Below, piece by piece: positions 28,698 to 38,516 of a DNA stretch of 64,000 nt. The notes under the pieces are model-generated. The model was not told the origin of the DNA and searched no databases. It was given only the letters and a program-made list of their open reading frames with translations. Source of the DNA: an uncultured Gammaproteobacteria bacterium (GTDB lineage: Bacteria > Patescibacteriota > Microgenomatia > PFEM01 > DATLAM01); contig CAZMIZ010000005.1 in NCBI GenBank assembly GCA_964566925.1, forward strand, positions 184-64,183, read 5' to 3'. A program made the translations under genes and the position numbers. Each line of letters starts with the position of its first letter. Positions within the stretch are counted from its first letter, which is position 1.

Positions 28698-29504
28698 ATG
28701 ATCCAGTTTGATTATGAATCAAAAATCTGGGGCGGGACAAAAGTCAGGGCTTCTCCTTTTTACCTGGGCGCCTCTCGGCTGGAGTTTGGTTTAGCGGAGT
28801 TAAAGCATATTCAGGGCAGAGTTTTGGAGGTCGGTTGTGGAGCCGGGGGAATGGCCAAGGCGATTAAGTTTTATCGTCCTGACCTTGCTGTTTTCGGGAT
28901 TGATATCTCTAAAAAGGCGATTTCTAAGGCGAAGCAAAATCCCCAAGGGGTCAAATTTTCTCAGGCTGACGCTTACCAGCTACCCTTTAAAGAAAAAAGT
29001 CTTGAGGCGGTTTTAATGTTTGACTTCTTGGAGCACTTAGACGACCCTCAGAAGGCCCTTGTTGAAGCCCGCCGCGTTCTAAAACCAAAAGGAATTCTGA
29101 TCGCCTTTATTCCTCTTGAAGGCAGTCTGTTTTCTATCCACGGCCTAGCGAGGAAATTTTTCCATTTTAGCCCTAAAATGAAGTATGCGGGCCATGTCCA
29201 GGCCTATACGTTTTCAGAGTTTGAGACTCTTCTAAGGAAAGCTGGGCTTAAGCTTTTAAGAAAGCGCTATTTTGGCCATCTCTTCAACCAATTGGTGGAT
29301 TTTGGTTACTTCACTTTTCTTTCTTTCCGAGGGAGGGGTTTGCCTTATTCGGTAGAAGAATATCTAGCCCGAGAGCAAGGGTGGAAAAGGAATTTGGTGG
29401 CCCTAACGAAGTCAATGATTGCCGCTCTTAGCTATTTTGAATCAAGGCTTTTCTGGTTTTTCCCTGGTTCCGGGGTTCACCTCACGGCTGGAAGATCTCT
29501 TTAG
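28698..29504 (+). CDS. Class I SAM-dependent methyltransferase
   Basis: 268 aa. Motif I is VLEVGCGAGG and the post-I motif is VLKPKGILI. Confidence 0.7.
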   Translation: MIQFDYESKIWGGTKVRASPFYLGASRLEFGLAELKHIQGRVLEVGCGAGGMAKAIKFYRPDLAVFGIDISKKAISKAKQNPQGVKFSQADAYQLPFKEKSLEAVLMFDFLEHLDDPQKALVEARRVLKPKGILIAFIPLEGSLFSIHGLARKFFHFSPKMKYAGHVQAYTFSEFETLLRKAGLKLLRKRYFGHLFNQLVDFGYFTFLSFRGRGLPYSVEEYLAREQGWKRNLVALTKSMIAALSYFESRLFWFFPGSGVHLTAGRSL

Positions 29505-29543
29505 GTTATGATAGGATGATCATAAACTTACTCTGGCCCTCTG

Positions 29544-31118
29544 TTGATTGAAAAAATGAAAGAAAAACTAAAAAAACGCTTTTGGCTTAGCCTTTTGGTT
29601 TTTCTTTTGGCGTTGACCGCCCGACTGGTATTTCTTTTCTTCTTTGCCGAGGCAGATAAACCTCCGATTGGGGATGTTTGGCATCATTGGCAGATTGCCT
29701 ATTTGTCCAAAACAATTGGTTTCAAGCATGGTTTTCTGCGACTCTGGGATTTCAAGGGAATGGAATATTATTGGGGCCTACTTCACCCTTTGGTTTTGAT
29801 TATTGCCTTTACCCTTTCGCGGTCGGTTAGCATTGTTATCCCCCGAATCGTCTCGACTCTCTTTGGTTCGGGGGTAGTGGCCCTGATCTTTTTGATCGTG
29901 AGTCGTTATTTTAATAAAAAAACGGCTTTGGCCGCTGCAGTTTTTCTTAGTTTAATGCCGATTACCTTATTTCATGATGCTTTTGGTTTACAAGAGCCCT
30001 TGGGGCTTTTCTTCCTCCTTCTAGGAATTTATTTCTATCCCCGTCATTCTTTTATGGCTGGTTTTTCTTTAATGTTGGCCGGCATGGCCAGAGCTGAGTA
30101 TTGGCTTTTTGGGGCTGGTTTAGTCTTGGCGGTTCTTTTAAGAGAAAGAAATTTTGATCGGAAGATAACCCTTCTTTTTGGCTACAGCCTTCCTTGCCTT
30201 TTTTATCTGAAGTACATGCTTGACTATACCGGGAATCCGATCTATCCCGTTTATTGGAATTTCTTAGGTGTCGGTGCGGGCGAGTGGGCGCCTAAAAATG
30301 GAGAACTAACCGCCAGCCTTCAGATGACCAGGACCATTTGCCGGGTTTTAACCATTTCCTTTTTGGTCAGCGGCTTAGTGGTTCTCTGGAAAAGGCTTAA
30401 ACCCTACCTGTTTTTGCTTCTTGGTTTAGCCAACCTGACCTTGGTTTTCTCAATTTTTGGGTTTAGCACCTACCTTTATGGCTATAACCGGGTGGCGAGC
30501 TACCCAGGCTTAATTGATAAAATTTGGATCGGCAAACTGTTGGCTTTTCCCTGGGGGTTTTTAGGCGTTTTGGCGATCATCTTTTTGATTTATTTTCTGC
30601 CTAAAAAAAGAGGCCGGTTAGGCGCCCTGGTAGGGGTTTCCATTTTCTTAGTTGGATTGGGAGCCAGCCAATTCGTTTGGCCTTCCATCATCAAGCATTA
30701 CTCACCGGAAAAATCAGTGATAGAGCCCAGCCAAAAGGCGGCCGCTGTGATTGCCAGTCAAGACCCTGGTCAAGGGACAATTCTCCTACCCTCCCAATCA
30801 GAGTACCTCACTTATTTTCTGGCCCACGACGAAAATATTGCCGGGGAAAGATTGGCTTCTTCATTCTATGACCCTTTTTATTATTACCAAGGAGAAGACC
30901 CTTTTTCGGAGTGGTCAACTTTCAGAGAGAAGTTGATTAAGTGGCTTCAAGAAAATGACGCCAGCCTTTTAGTGGTTTCCGAACACGAGATTATATTAGG
31001 GAAAAAGCGAATCAGGAATTACGGTCGAATGTTGGAATTAGAGGAAGGGAAACTCTTTAAGTTGGTGGCCAATGAATATATCTACCGGGTCTACCAGGTC
31101 AAAATTAACGAAGAGTAA
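29544..31118 (+). CDS. Polytopic membrane protein with a C-terminal soluble domain (GT-C / PMT-ArnT-like glycosyltransferase candidate)
   Basis: 524 aa with more than 10 TM helices followed by a ~140-aa soluble tail. Confidence 0.45.
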   Translation: MIEKMKEKLKKRFWLSLLVFLLALTARLVFLFFFAEADKPPIGDVWHHWQIAYLSKTIGFKHGFLRLWDFKGMEYYWGLLHPLVLIIAFTLSRSVSIVIPRIVSTLFGSGVVALIFLIVSRYFNKKTALAAAVFLSLMPITLFHDAFGLQEPLGLFFLLLGIYFYPRHSFMAGFSLMLAGMARAEYWLFGAGLVLAVLLRERNFDRKITLLFGYSLPCLFYLKYMLDYTGNPIYPVYWNFLGVGAGEWAPKNGELTASLQMTRTICRVLTISFLVSGLVVLWKRLKPYLFLLLGLANLTLVFSIFGFSTYLYGYNRVASYPGLIDKIWIGKLLAFPWGFLGVLAIIFLIYFLPKKRGRLGALVGVSIFLVGLGASQFVWPSIIKHYSPEKSVIEPSQKAAAVIASQDPGQGTILLPSQSEYLTYFLAHDENIAGERLASSFYDPFYYYQGEDPFSEWSTFREKLIKWLQENDASLLVVSEHEIILGKKRIRNYGRMLELEEGKLFKLVANEYIYRVYQVKINEE

Positions 31119-32028
31119 GCAGAGCTTGTTTCCTCGCAAAATCAGAAATAAGCAAAGCTTCTTTCCTCAAAAACTCGGAAAGAAGCAATATCAAAAAAAA
31201 TTTTTTGATGAACACCCCGGACTTTACCCCTGGCCGAGTCTTTTGGTGGCAATGGGGTTCGCTAAAAGCCATAAGCTCAGAGACCTAAAGTTTAAAAAAT
31301 ATCTCGACCTCCTGGGAATTAAAAAAAAGGAAAAAGTTCTAGATGTGGGTTGTGGCCAGGGAATTTTCTTAGCGCGGGTAGTTAAAACTTATGGGGCGAA
31401 GGGGATTGGTATTGATATTTCAAAGAGGTCAATTGGTACGGCCAACCATTGGCCATCATCCCAATTGAGCTTCCAAGTGGCTGATGCCACCCATCTTCCA
31501 TTCCCAGATAAGAGCTTTGACCACGTTTTAAGTTTTGATCTTTTAGAGCACGTTGAAAATCAAAAAAAAGCTCTCGCTGAAATGGTTCGGGTTTTGAAGC
31601 CCGGCGGATCACTATTGGCTTATACGATCAATAGCCATCAGGGTTATACCTGGAACTTTTTATTAGACAAGATCGGTGTAGACGTTTATCAAAATGTGGC
31701 CCATGACCCGCGCCTTTTTCTTGATCCTGGATGGGTTAAGAAAAAATTAGAGGGGCTGGGAATTAAGACCGAGCGAGTAGAATTATTTGGTTCCTTCTTT
31801 ACTTTGGCTATCGATGAAGCAATAATGATTCTTTTCCTGGTTTTTAAAAAACTAAATCTGTTTGATTCTTCTTCCCGCCCTAAATTAATCTTAGGGAAAG
31901 TTTTTTTAAACTTAATCAATCTTTTCTCGCACCTTTTTTTAGTTCCTCTGGAAGTTTTAGAGCTTCCTTGGAAGAAAGCTGGTTATTCTAATAGCTTTTT
32001 TATTTTAGGGAGGAAAGAGAGAAGATGA
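31072..32028 (+). CDS. Class I SAM-dependent methyltransferase
   Basis: 318 aa. Motif I is VLDVGCGQG and the post-I motif is VLKPGGSLL. Taking the ORF-track start overlaps the previous gene by 47 nt and encodes a tandem KQSLFPRKIRNKQSFFPQKLGKKQ repeat. The true start may be the ATG at ~31249. Confidence 0.6.
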   Translation: MNISTGSTRSKLTKSKQSLFPRKIRNKQSFFPQKLGKKQYQKKFFDEHPGLYPWPSLLVAMGFAKSHKLRDLKFKKYLDLLGIKKKEKVLDVGCGQGIFLARVVKTYGAKGIGIDISKRSIGTANHWPSSQLSFQVADATHLPFPDKSFDHVLSFDLLEHVENQKKALAEMVRVLKPGGSLLAYTINSHQGYTWNFLLDKIGVDVYQNVAHDPRLFLDPGWVKKKLEGLGIKTERVELFGSFFTLAIDEAIMILFLVFKKLNLFDSSSRPKLILGKVFLNLINLFSHLFLVPLEVLELPWKKAGYSNSFFILGRKERR

Positions 32029-32834
32029 GATCCGTCCCAGCCAAACTTTACACCAAAAAATATTACCTAAGTTCCTGTCGAGGTTTTGAGGAATTTCTTA
32101 AAGGCGGCATCTCCGAAAGATTACTTTATGCCTTTTCACTCGCGGACCTTAAAAAAGGGGCCCAGGTCTTGGATATTGGTTCGGGTCGAGGAGAATTATT
32201 GATTAAATGTGCCCAAGCAGGAGCGATCGCCAAGGGGATCGACTACAGTCAAGCCGCGGTTGGAATCGCTAAAGGGAATCTGAGTCGAGTTGATAAAAAG
32301 GTGGCGAGAAGAGTTTCGATTAAAAGGATGAATGCCAAAAAAATTCTTTATCCCGCCAAGTTTTTTGATGTGGTTTTTATGATTGATGTGGTTGAACATC
32401 TTTATCCTAAGGAATTGAGGCAAGTCTTTTTAGAGGTTAAAAGAGTTCTTAAGCCTGGAGGGAAGGTAATCATTCATACCCCTAATGCCTGGCTGATTAG
32501 ATTAGTTAATTTTTTAGCCAAAAGCTTTTTAAAATGGGAAGAACACCCAGGGCACGTCAATGAACAAAGTTTTTTTAGTTTGCGCCGAGAACTCAGACCA
32601 TTTAAAGGTCAGCAAAAGCTTTATTTTAAGTCCAGGAAAAGGTGTTTCTCGGAGATGGTTCAGAACGTTAAAAACTTGCCCTTTTGGACAATTCGTTTAG
32701 CGAACTTTCTGGACCAGCTTTGGGAGAATCGAGTTTTTTCCTTTTTCGTCTACCATCAGCCTTTGGTTTTTTTCTTGGGAACTGATCTTTGGGCGGTAAT
32801 TAGGGTGCCTGGAAAAGAGAGGCGGTCAAAATAA
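32025..32834 (+). CDS. Class I SAM-dependent methyltransferase
   Basis: 269 aa. Motifs VLDIGSGRGEL and VLKPGGKVIIHTPN. Confidence 0.7.
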   Translation: MRSVPAKLYTKKYYLSSCRGFEEFLKGGISERLLYAFSLADLKKGAQVLDIGSGRGELLIKCAQAGAIAKGIDYSQAAVGIAKGNLSRVDKKVARRVSIKRMNAKKILYPAKFFDVVFMIDVVEHLYPKELRQVFLEVKRVLKPGGKVIIHTPNAWLIRLVNFLAKSFLKWEEHPGHVNEQSFFSLRRELRPFKGQQKLYFKSRKRCFSEMVQNVKNLPFWTIRLANFLDQLWENRVFSFFVYHQPLVFFLGTDLWAVIRVPGKERRSK

Positions 32835-32890
32835 AAATAGCCATTTTCCATTTAGCCTTTATTTATTCTGGTGGGGGTGAGAAACTGGTT

Positions 32891-34054
32891 TTGGAAGAGG
32901 CTAAGGGTTTAGCCAAGAAAGGCCATCAGGTAACCATTTTCTCGCCGGTAGTTGACAGGAAGAGCTGTTTCCCGGACCTGATTAATCAAGCTGATATTAA
33001 AACAATTGTTCCCAATTTACCCACCACTATCCCTGAATGGGGAGCTTTTCAAGTTCTCCTGGCTTGTTTTTTAGCGCCGCTTCTGGCCAGCCGCTTTAGA
33101 AATTTTGATGTCATTTTGGCCGCCAATCAACCTAGCCTCTGGTTAGCCCTTTGGGTTAAAAAATTTTTTGGTATTCCTTACGTTGCTTATTTGGCCCAAC
33201 CAACCCGATTTTTACATCCAAGAAAAATTGATTTAGAAACAGGCCTTATTTTCACTGGTAAGAGGCGGTTTTTACCAGCCACTTATTTAATGAAGCTCGC
33301 GAAACCCCTGGGCAACTGGATTGATAAAGCCAGTATTAAAGAGGCGAACCTGATTCTAGCTAATGGTCCCCACGCCAAAAAGGTTTTAGAGAGGACATAT
33401 GGGATCAGAGTGATTTCTTGCCCAGCTGGGGCTTATCCTTTGGCTGGAAAAAGGAATAAGGTTGATCGGTATCGAGGGAAATTAAAAATCAATGGCCGGA
33501 CCATGGCTAAACCCTACCTGCTTCTGACTAATCGTCATTTTCCTCAGAAGCGCTTTGAATACGCGGTGATGGCCCTCCCGGCGATCTTGAAAAAGTTTTC
33601 TAGCCTTCCTTTGGTAATAACTGGTGAGGAGACAGATTACACTCAGGATTTGAAGAATTTGGTAAAAAAGTTATCATTAAGGAAGCAGGTGATTTTTTTA
33701 GGCTTAGTCAAGGAAAAAGATTTGAAAAAGCTTTATTCAAACGCCGCTGTTTATGTTTATACTGCTCCGGAAGAAGATTTTGGGATGGGCATGGTGGAGG
33801 CGATGGCTCACGGCACGCCGGTGGTGGCCTGGAAGAACGGCGGACCCACCGGGATCGTGGTTGATGGAGAAACTGGTTTCTTGGCGACGCCTTTTAATCT
33901 GGTTGATTTTACTGACAAAATTACCCGGCTGCTCAACGACAAAAAGCTGGCTGGGCGAATGGGAAAATCAGGCTTAAAAAGGGTTAGAAAAGGGCTTAGC
34001 TGGGAAAATCATTGCCGGTCATTAGAAAAGAAGTTATTTGAGGTTTTGAGATGA
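32891..34054 (+). CDS. Glycosyltransferase family 4
   Basis: 387 aa from the TTG at 32891. The conserved GT4 N-terminus (KIAIFHLAFIYSGGGEKLVL) is encoded in frame upstream, so the true start is near 32840 with a non-canonical start or an annotation problem. The C-terminus has EDFGMGMVEAMAHGTPVVAWKNGGP. Confidence 0.65.
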   Translation: MEEAKGLAKKGHQVTIFSPVVDRKSCFPDLINQADIKTIVPNLPTTIPEWGAFQVLLACFLAPLLASRFRNFDVILAANQPSLWLALWVKKFFGIPYVAYLAQPTRFLHPRKIDLETGLIFTGKRRFLPATYLMKLAKPLGNWIDKASIKEANLILANGPHAKKVLERTYGIRVISCPAGAYPLAGKRNKVDRYRGKLKINGRTMAKPYLLLTNRHFPQKRFEYAVMALPAILKKFSSLPLVITGEETDYTQDLKNLVKKLSLRKQVIFLGLVKEKDLKKLYSNAAVYVYTAPEEDFGMGMVEAMAHGTPVVAWKNGGPTGIVVDGETGFLATPFNLVDFTDKITRLLNDKKLAGRMGKSGLKRVRKGLSWENHCRSLEKKLFEVLR

Positions 34055-36951
34055 AGAAACTATCTAATTGGATTATCAAAGGCTCGGTGAGCATCTTCAG
34101 GATTCTTTATTTGTTCTTAGGGGTAGGGGTAATTCTGGCACTGGCCTATATTTTAGGAGGTCGGGCTTTTCTAATGGAAGGAAGGTGGGGAAGCGACATG
34201 GGGAGCGCCCTTTCCGTCGCCGCCTGGGTAGATAAGTATTTTCCTCATGTTCCTTTCTGGTATCCCTTGGCCGGCGGCGGGGTTTCGATTACCCATTCTT
34301 ATCCGGTTTTTTCCTTTTACCTGGTCGCTCTTTTGAAAAGATTAACGAACTTGGACTTAGTTCAGGCCTTTAGAGTCTTAGGTTTTTCTTCTGTTCCTTT
34401 GATGGCCCTGGGAATCTATGCCTTTGTTGCCTTACGTTTTTCCGCCAAGGGCCAAAGAAGCCAAACCGCGGCCCTGATTGCTTCTATTCTTTACCTTGTT
34501 TCGCCGCTTGCCTGGGTTTGGTTGTTCGATTGGGGTTTTTATGCTGAATGTATTTCTCATATTTTTGTTATGCCGGCCGTTATTTTCTGGGATCTTTTCT
34601 TCACTTCTTTCCTTGAAAAGATTGAGGGGATTAAGAATCGGGTTTACCTTGTCTTGGCCGTGGTTTTTCTCTCATTGGCTCTACTAGCCCATTTCTATAC
34701 CGGCCTGGGCTTGATGATGCTTTTTGGTTTTTATCTGATTGGCTATGTGATTAAAGCCAAGGAAAAAAGAAAAGTCTTCATTCGAGGAGTTTTAGCTTTA
34801 AGCTTAGTGGTTTTATTAACTTTTGGGCTAACTATCTCGACAACCTTTCCATTCTATCGTTACGCCAAAATTACGGCGGAGGCAGGGGTGGCCGGAAAAA
34901 GCTATCAATATTTTAGGGACAGCAAGATGACGGTGGATCACATCTTAGGTTTTCGCCCTTTAACTGAAGAATATCGGGCGGCTCGGAATATTTCCTTTCC
35001 GGCGGTGGTTTCTGGACTAGCTATCTTAGGCATCTTTCTTTCTCTTTGGGAGGCCAGGTCATTTACTCTGGCTCTCTTTACCATTGTGGCTTTGGTTTTG
35101 TTCTTTAATCCGGATTTTCTTTTTTGGATTTCGAGTCGAGCTCCTCAGGTTCTAGCAGAAACCCTGAATAGACGACCACCTCTTGTTCTTTTAAGATTTA
35201 TTTTACCGACTTTAGCTGGTTTGGGAGTCATCAGGCTCTTTAAAATTCCCTTCTTTTGGGTTAAAGGGCGCTTAGGAAATTTTGCTAAAGGCGTTTTTGC
35301 CTCCTTAGGAGGATTGGTTTTAGTAATCGGAGCTCTTTATTGGTTTGGTTCTCTTCCGAATTGGGAAAACAGACGAATGATAATCGCCGACTGGCCGAAA
35401 TTAGAAGTCACCCAGAGCTTATATGATCCGTCTGGGAAAATTGGCCAGCTGAAGGAAACCCTAAATAGAGTTTCTAGCGAGAACTCCCTGGCAAGATTAG
35501 ATTTTTCTGTTTATCTTGGCCAACTGGGAATGTCGGCTCCTTATTTTAACCGCGACCGAAGCCTTTCCCAGACTTATATTTACGTCAATACAGCCAGTTT
35601 GATCCGTCAGTTTTGGAATCAGCTAATTAATGGTTTCTACTCCGAGAATTTTGTCTCCAATGGAAGTGCTAACCTGGTAAATAATTTAGCCCGCTGGTTT
35701 GGAGTAAACTATGTTTTCTTTAATGGAGAAACTGATTCTCGATCATTCCAAGAAGCAGGCTGGGAGGTTTGGGAGGGGAGCTGGGAGAAGGGAATTTTAA
35801 AATTTCCGGAAGAAAACTCATTGGCTAACTTAACAACGAAACCAACCGTTTTAGTTATTGGCCAAAAGAAAGTCGATGTTTATTACCAGGTTTTTCAGCT
35901 AGCCGCTTATGGCGTTCTTCCTTATCCGGATTATTTAATTGTCTGGGGTAGGGGGGCAATTGATGATTATCATCCTGAGGAACTGGCAAACTTTGACCTT
36001 CTTTTGCTTCACGGTTATACCTATAAAAATCGCCAAGAAGCGAATGAACTGCTGGCGGACTACGTCAAAGGCGGGGGAAATGTTTTTATTGATACCGGCT
36101 GGCAGTATACCACTCCCGATTGGGAAACCAAATCGGGCTTAGAAACGCTGGCTATTATCCCTTTTAACCAACTCCTCTGGAAGAATTTGGGGAAGACCGA
36201 TGATTTTGTTTTCGAAGAAAGTGAACTTAGCAACGGGGTGGACCTTTCTCAGTTCGCGCCTCTGATTTATGAAGATCAGCCCTGGGGTGTTTCTACCAAT
36301 AAAAAAACCGAACTTAAAAATTGGCCAAAGGTGGTCCTTAGCGTTCAAGATTATCCCCTGATTGTTGCCGGTGAGCTGGGTGAGGGGAAAGTTGTTTGGT
36401 CGGGGATGAACATTTTTCCTCATCTTAGACAAAAAGAAGAGGTTAACTACGAAGAGGTTAAGTTTTTAGCCAATCTTTTCTCTTGGCTGACTAACGGAAA
36501 CTCAAGGGAAGATTTGCCTGTCACTTATCGAAGAGAAAATCCAGACAGACTGGAATTCACGGTTGAGGAAGACGTATCCAGTCCTAGTTTTCTCCTTTGG
36601 AAAGAGGCGTTTCACCCCGATTTCCGGGCTACGTTGGCCTCTGATCAGGGATCAGCCACCCAAAGTCTGGATGTTTATCGAGCTGGACCTAACTTAGCCC
36701 TGATTAGTCTCCCTGAAATTAAAAAAGGAGCCAAAATCATTTATGAATATCGTCAGCCTTTTTCTGAAAAGGCCCTTTCTCTTTTATCGTGGCTGATTTT
36801 TCTTTTCTTGCCAGCGATGGTAATTGAAGGAGTTTGGTTGAAAGAGAAGAGTCTTTTCTGGCGATTAATTAAATTTCAAGAAAAAAAGCTCGATTATCTG
36901 ATTTTTGAACTCTGGAAGAAACCGGTTGATTGGTGGAGAAGGGAAGAATAA
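34051..36951 (+). CDS. Large polytopic membrane protein (N-terminal ~440-aa multi-TM, C-terminal ~500-aa extracytoplasmic domain)
   Basis: 966 aa. A glycan polymerase or GT-C-like role is inferred only from its context. Confidence 0.45.
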   Translation: MKKLSNWIIKGSVSIFRILYLFLGVGVILALAYILGGRAFLMEGRWGSDMGSALSVAAWVDKYFPHVPFWYPLAGGGVSITHSYPVFSFYLVALLKRLTNLDLVQAFRVLGFSSVPLMALGIYAFVALRFSAKGQRSQTAALIASILYLVSPLAWVWLFDWGFYAECISHIFVMPAVIFWDLFFTSFLEKIEGIKNRVYLVLAVVFLSLALLAHFYTGLGLMMLFGFYLIGYVIKAKEKRKVFIRGVLALSLVVLLTFGLTISTTFPFYRYAKITAEAGVAGKSYQYFRDSKMTVDHILGFRPLTEEYRAARNISFPAVVSGLAILGIFLSLWEARSFTLALFTIVALVLFFNPDFLFWISSRAPQVLAETLNRRPPLVLLRFILPTLAGLGVIRLFKIPFFWVKGRLGNFAKGVFASLGGLVLVIGALYWFGSLPNWENRRMIIADWPKLEVTQSLYDPSGKIGQLKETLNRVSSENSLARLDFSVYLGQLGMSAPYFNRDRSLSQTYIYVNTASLIRQFWNQLINGFYSENFVSNGSANLVNNLARWFGVNYVFFNGETDSRSFQEAGWEVWEGSWEKGILKFPEENSLANLTTKPTVLVIGQKKVDVYYQVFQLAAYGVLPYPDYLIVWGRGAIDDYHPEELANFDLLLLHGYTYKNRQEANELLADYVKGGGNVFIDTGWQYTTPDWETKSGLETLAIIPFNQLLWKNLGKTDDFVFEESELSNGVDLSQFAPLIYEDQPWGVSTNKKTELKNWPKVVLSVQDYPLIVAGELGEGKVVWSGMNIFPHLRQKEEVNYEEVKFLANLFSWLTNGNSREDLPVTYRRENPDRLEFTVEEDVSSPSFLLWKEAFHPDFRATLASDQGSATQSLDVYRAGPNLALISLPEIKKGAKIIYEYRQPFSEKALSLLSWLIFLFLPAMVIEGVWLKEKSLFWRLIKFQEKKLDYLIFELWKKPVDWWRREE

Positions 36952-36964
36952 AGAGTTAAGCCAG

Positions 36965-38452
36965 TTAAACCTTCTTGAGCCTAATCAGATATCTTCCTGG
37001 AGGGATAAATTTAGCCAGCCAAAGATCCACTTTATAAACTAAAGGAAACCAATTCCTTGCCAGTCTAAATGGGAAAAAATTAAGCCAAAGAGGAGCAAGC
37101 GTATCTAGGGGGAGCCTTTCTTCTATTTTTAAGTTAAATTTTTGACATAAATCAGTAAACTCTTCCCATGCAAAGAAATATTCATTGGGATAACGGTCGC
37201 GATAGATCTTTGGCCAACGTTTTTTGTTGGTGATATCCAGGATAATAAAATCTGTAGCCACCCTGGCTAGCTCAGCAAACATCTGAAGAGCGTCTTTTCT
37301 AGGGAGATGCCAGATAACCCGCAAGGAAAAGACAATTGGAAAGGAATTGTCTGGAAAGGGAAGTTGGGTGGCGCTAGCTAGTCTTGGTTTGGGTAACCCG
37401 GGTTTTTGCTGATATTGGTTGAGCATCGCCTGAGAGCTATCAATCGGGGAAACTGGATAACCTTTTTTAATTAATTCGGCGGTGATCCTTCCGGTTCCGC
37501 AACCTACTTCCAAAATTTTTCCATCTTTTTTAGGAAACAATTTAAAAAGAGATTTCAACTCGGCAAAATGTTTATAGCGGCCATAGTTATTGCCGAGCCG
37601 TTTTTGATCATATTCTTTGGCAGTGGCCACCAGGGCATAGCGGTTTTTAGGGTTAAGAGGATGAAGGGTCCCCCAAAAGAAGGATAAGATATCGCCTACC
37701 TTTAGAAAAAAAAGACTCAAAGTAATCAGCGGGTATCTAATTAGCTCCCTCCAGTTTCTAAAATAATCCTCAAACCGTTGTTGAGGACTTAAATGAGGGA
37801 CATGGGAATATTTCGCTTTAAGAGCGGGGTAAATCCTTCCCATCTCATATTTCCTTTTTAAGGCCCTCTTAAGGCTGGTAGTTTCTTTAGCGAATACCGT
37901 TGGCTGAATGCTTTTGGTTTTTACTCCCATTTTTCTTAAAGTAAGATGTAAGTTCCAGTCATCCGCCGGATCCAAGGCTTCATCATAGCCGCCGGCTTTT
38001 TCAAAGAGGCTTTTTTTAAGAAAAAGAGGCGCAATGACCGCCCGACTACCGCGAAGAATTCGCCTTTCAAGGGCTCGGCATTGGCTGATAAGATGAGTTT
38101 GTGGTGCCTCGACCTCGGGGATGATGATCGCCTCTGCCCCTTCTTTAGCTTTTTGGAAACAGGCTGATAAAACCTGAGGTGTGGGGGTCATGTCCACGTC
38201 AAGGTGGTAAAGATATTTCCCTTTTGCCTTTTGAGCAGCAAAGTTGCGGGCCGCACCCTTACTTAGATCTTTCTTAAAAACCTTGGCAAAGGGGTATTCT
38301 TTGACAATTTGGGAGATTTTTTTAGCCAAAACACCTGAAGTGACGATTAAAACCTCAAAGTCTTTGTAAGTTTGTTCGGCCAGTGATTTCAGGCATTGAT
38401 TAACTATTTTCGGATCTTCTCTGTTTGAGATGGGGACTAGGATAGAAATCAT
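36965..38452 (-). CDS. Bifunctional GT2 glycosyltransferase / SAM-dependent methyltransferase fusion
   Basis: 495 aa. The N-terminal MISILVPISNRE...FEVLIVTSG is GT2-like. The C-terminal ILEVGCGTGRITAELIKKGY is methyltransferase motif I. Confidence 0.65.
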   Translation of the reverse strand: MISILVPISNREDPKIVNQCLKSLAEQTYKDFEVLIVTSGVLAKKISQIVKEYPFAKVFKKDLSKGAARNFAAQKAKGKYLYHLDVDMTPTPQVLSACFQKAKEGAEAIIIPEVEAPQTHLISQCRALERRILRGSRAVIAPLFLKKSLFEKAGGYDEALDPADDWNLHLTLRKMGVKTKSIQPTVFAKETTSLKRALKRKYEMGRIYPALKAKYSHVPHLSPQQRFEDYFRNWRELIRYPLITLSLFFLKVGDILSFFWGTLHPLNPKNRYALVATAKEYDQKRLGNNYGRYKHFAELKSLFKLFPKKDGKILEVGCGTGRITAELIKKGYPVSPIDSSQAMLNQYQQKPGLPKPRLASATQLPFPDNSFPIVFSLRVIWHLPRKDALQMFAELARVATDFIILDITNKKRWPKIYRDRYPNEYFFAWEEFTDLCQKFNLKIEERLPLDTLAPLWLNFFPFRLARNWFPLVYKVDLWLAKFIPPGRYLIRLKKV

Positions 38453-38516
38453 CGGCTTAATGATAACATAAACCTTTTAGAATTTAGGCCTTGATTTCCG
38501 CTTGATTCCTTGACTG

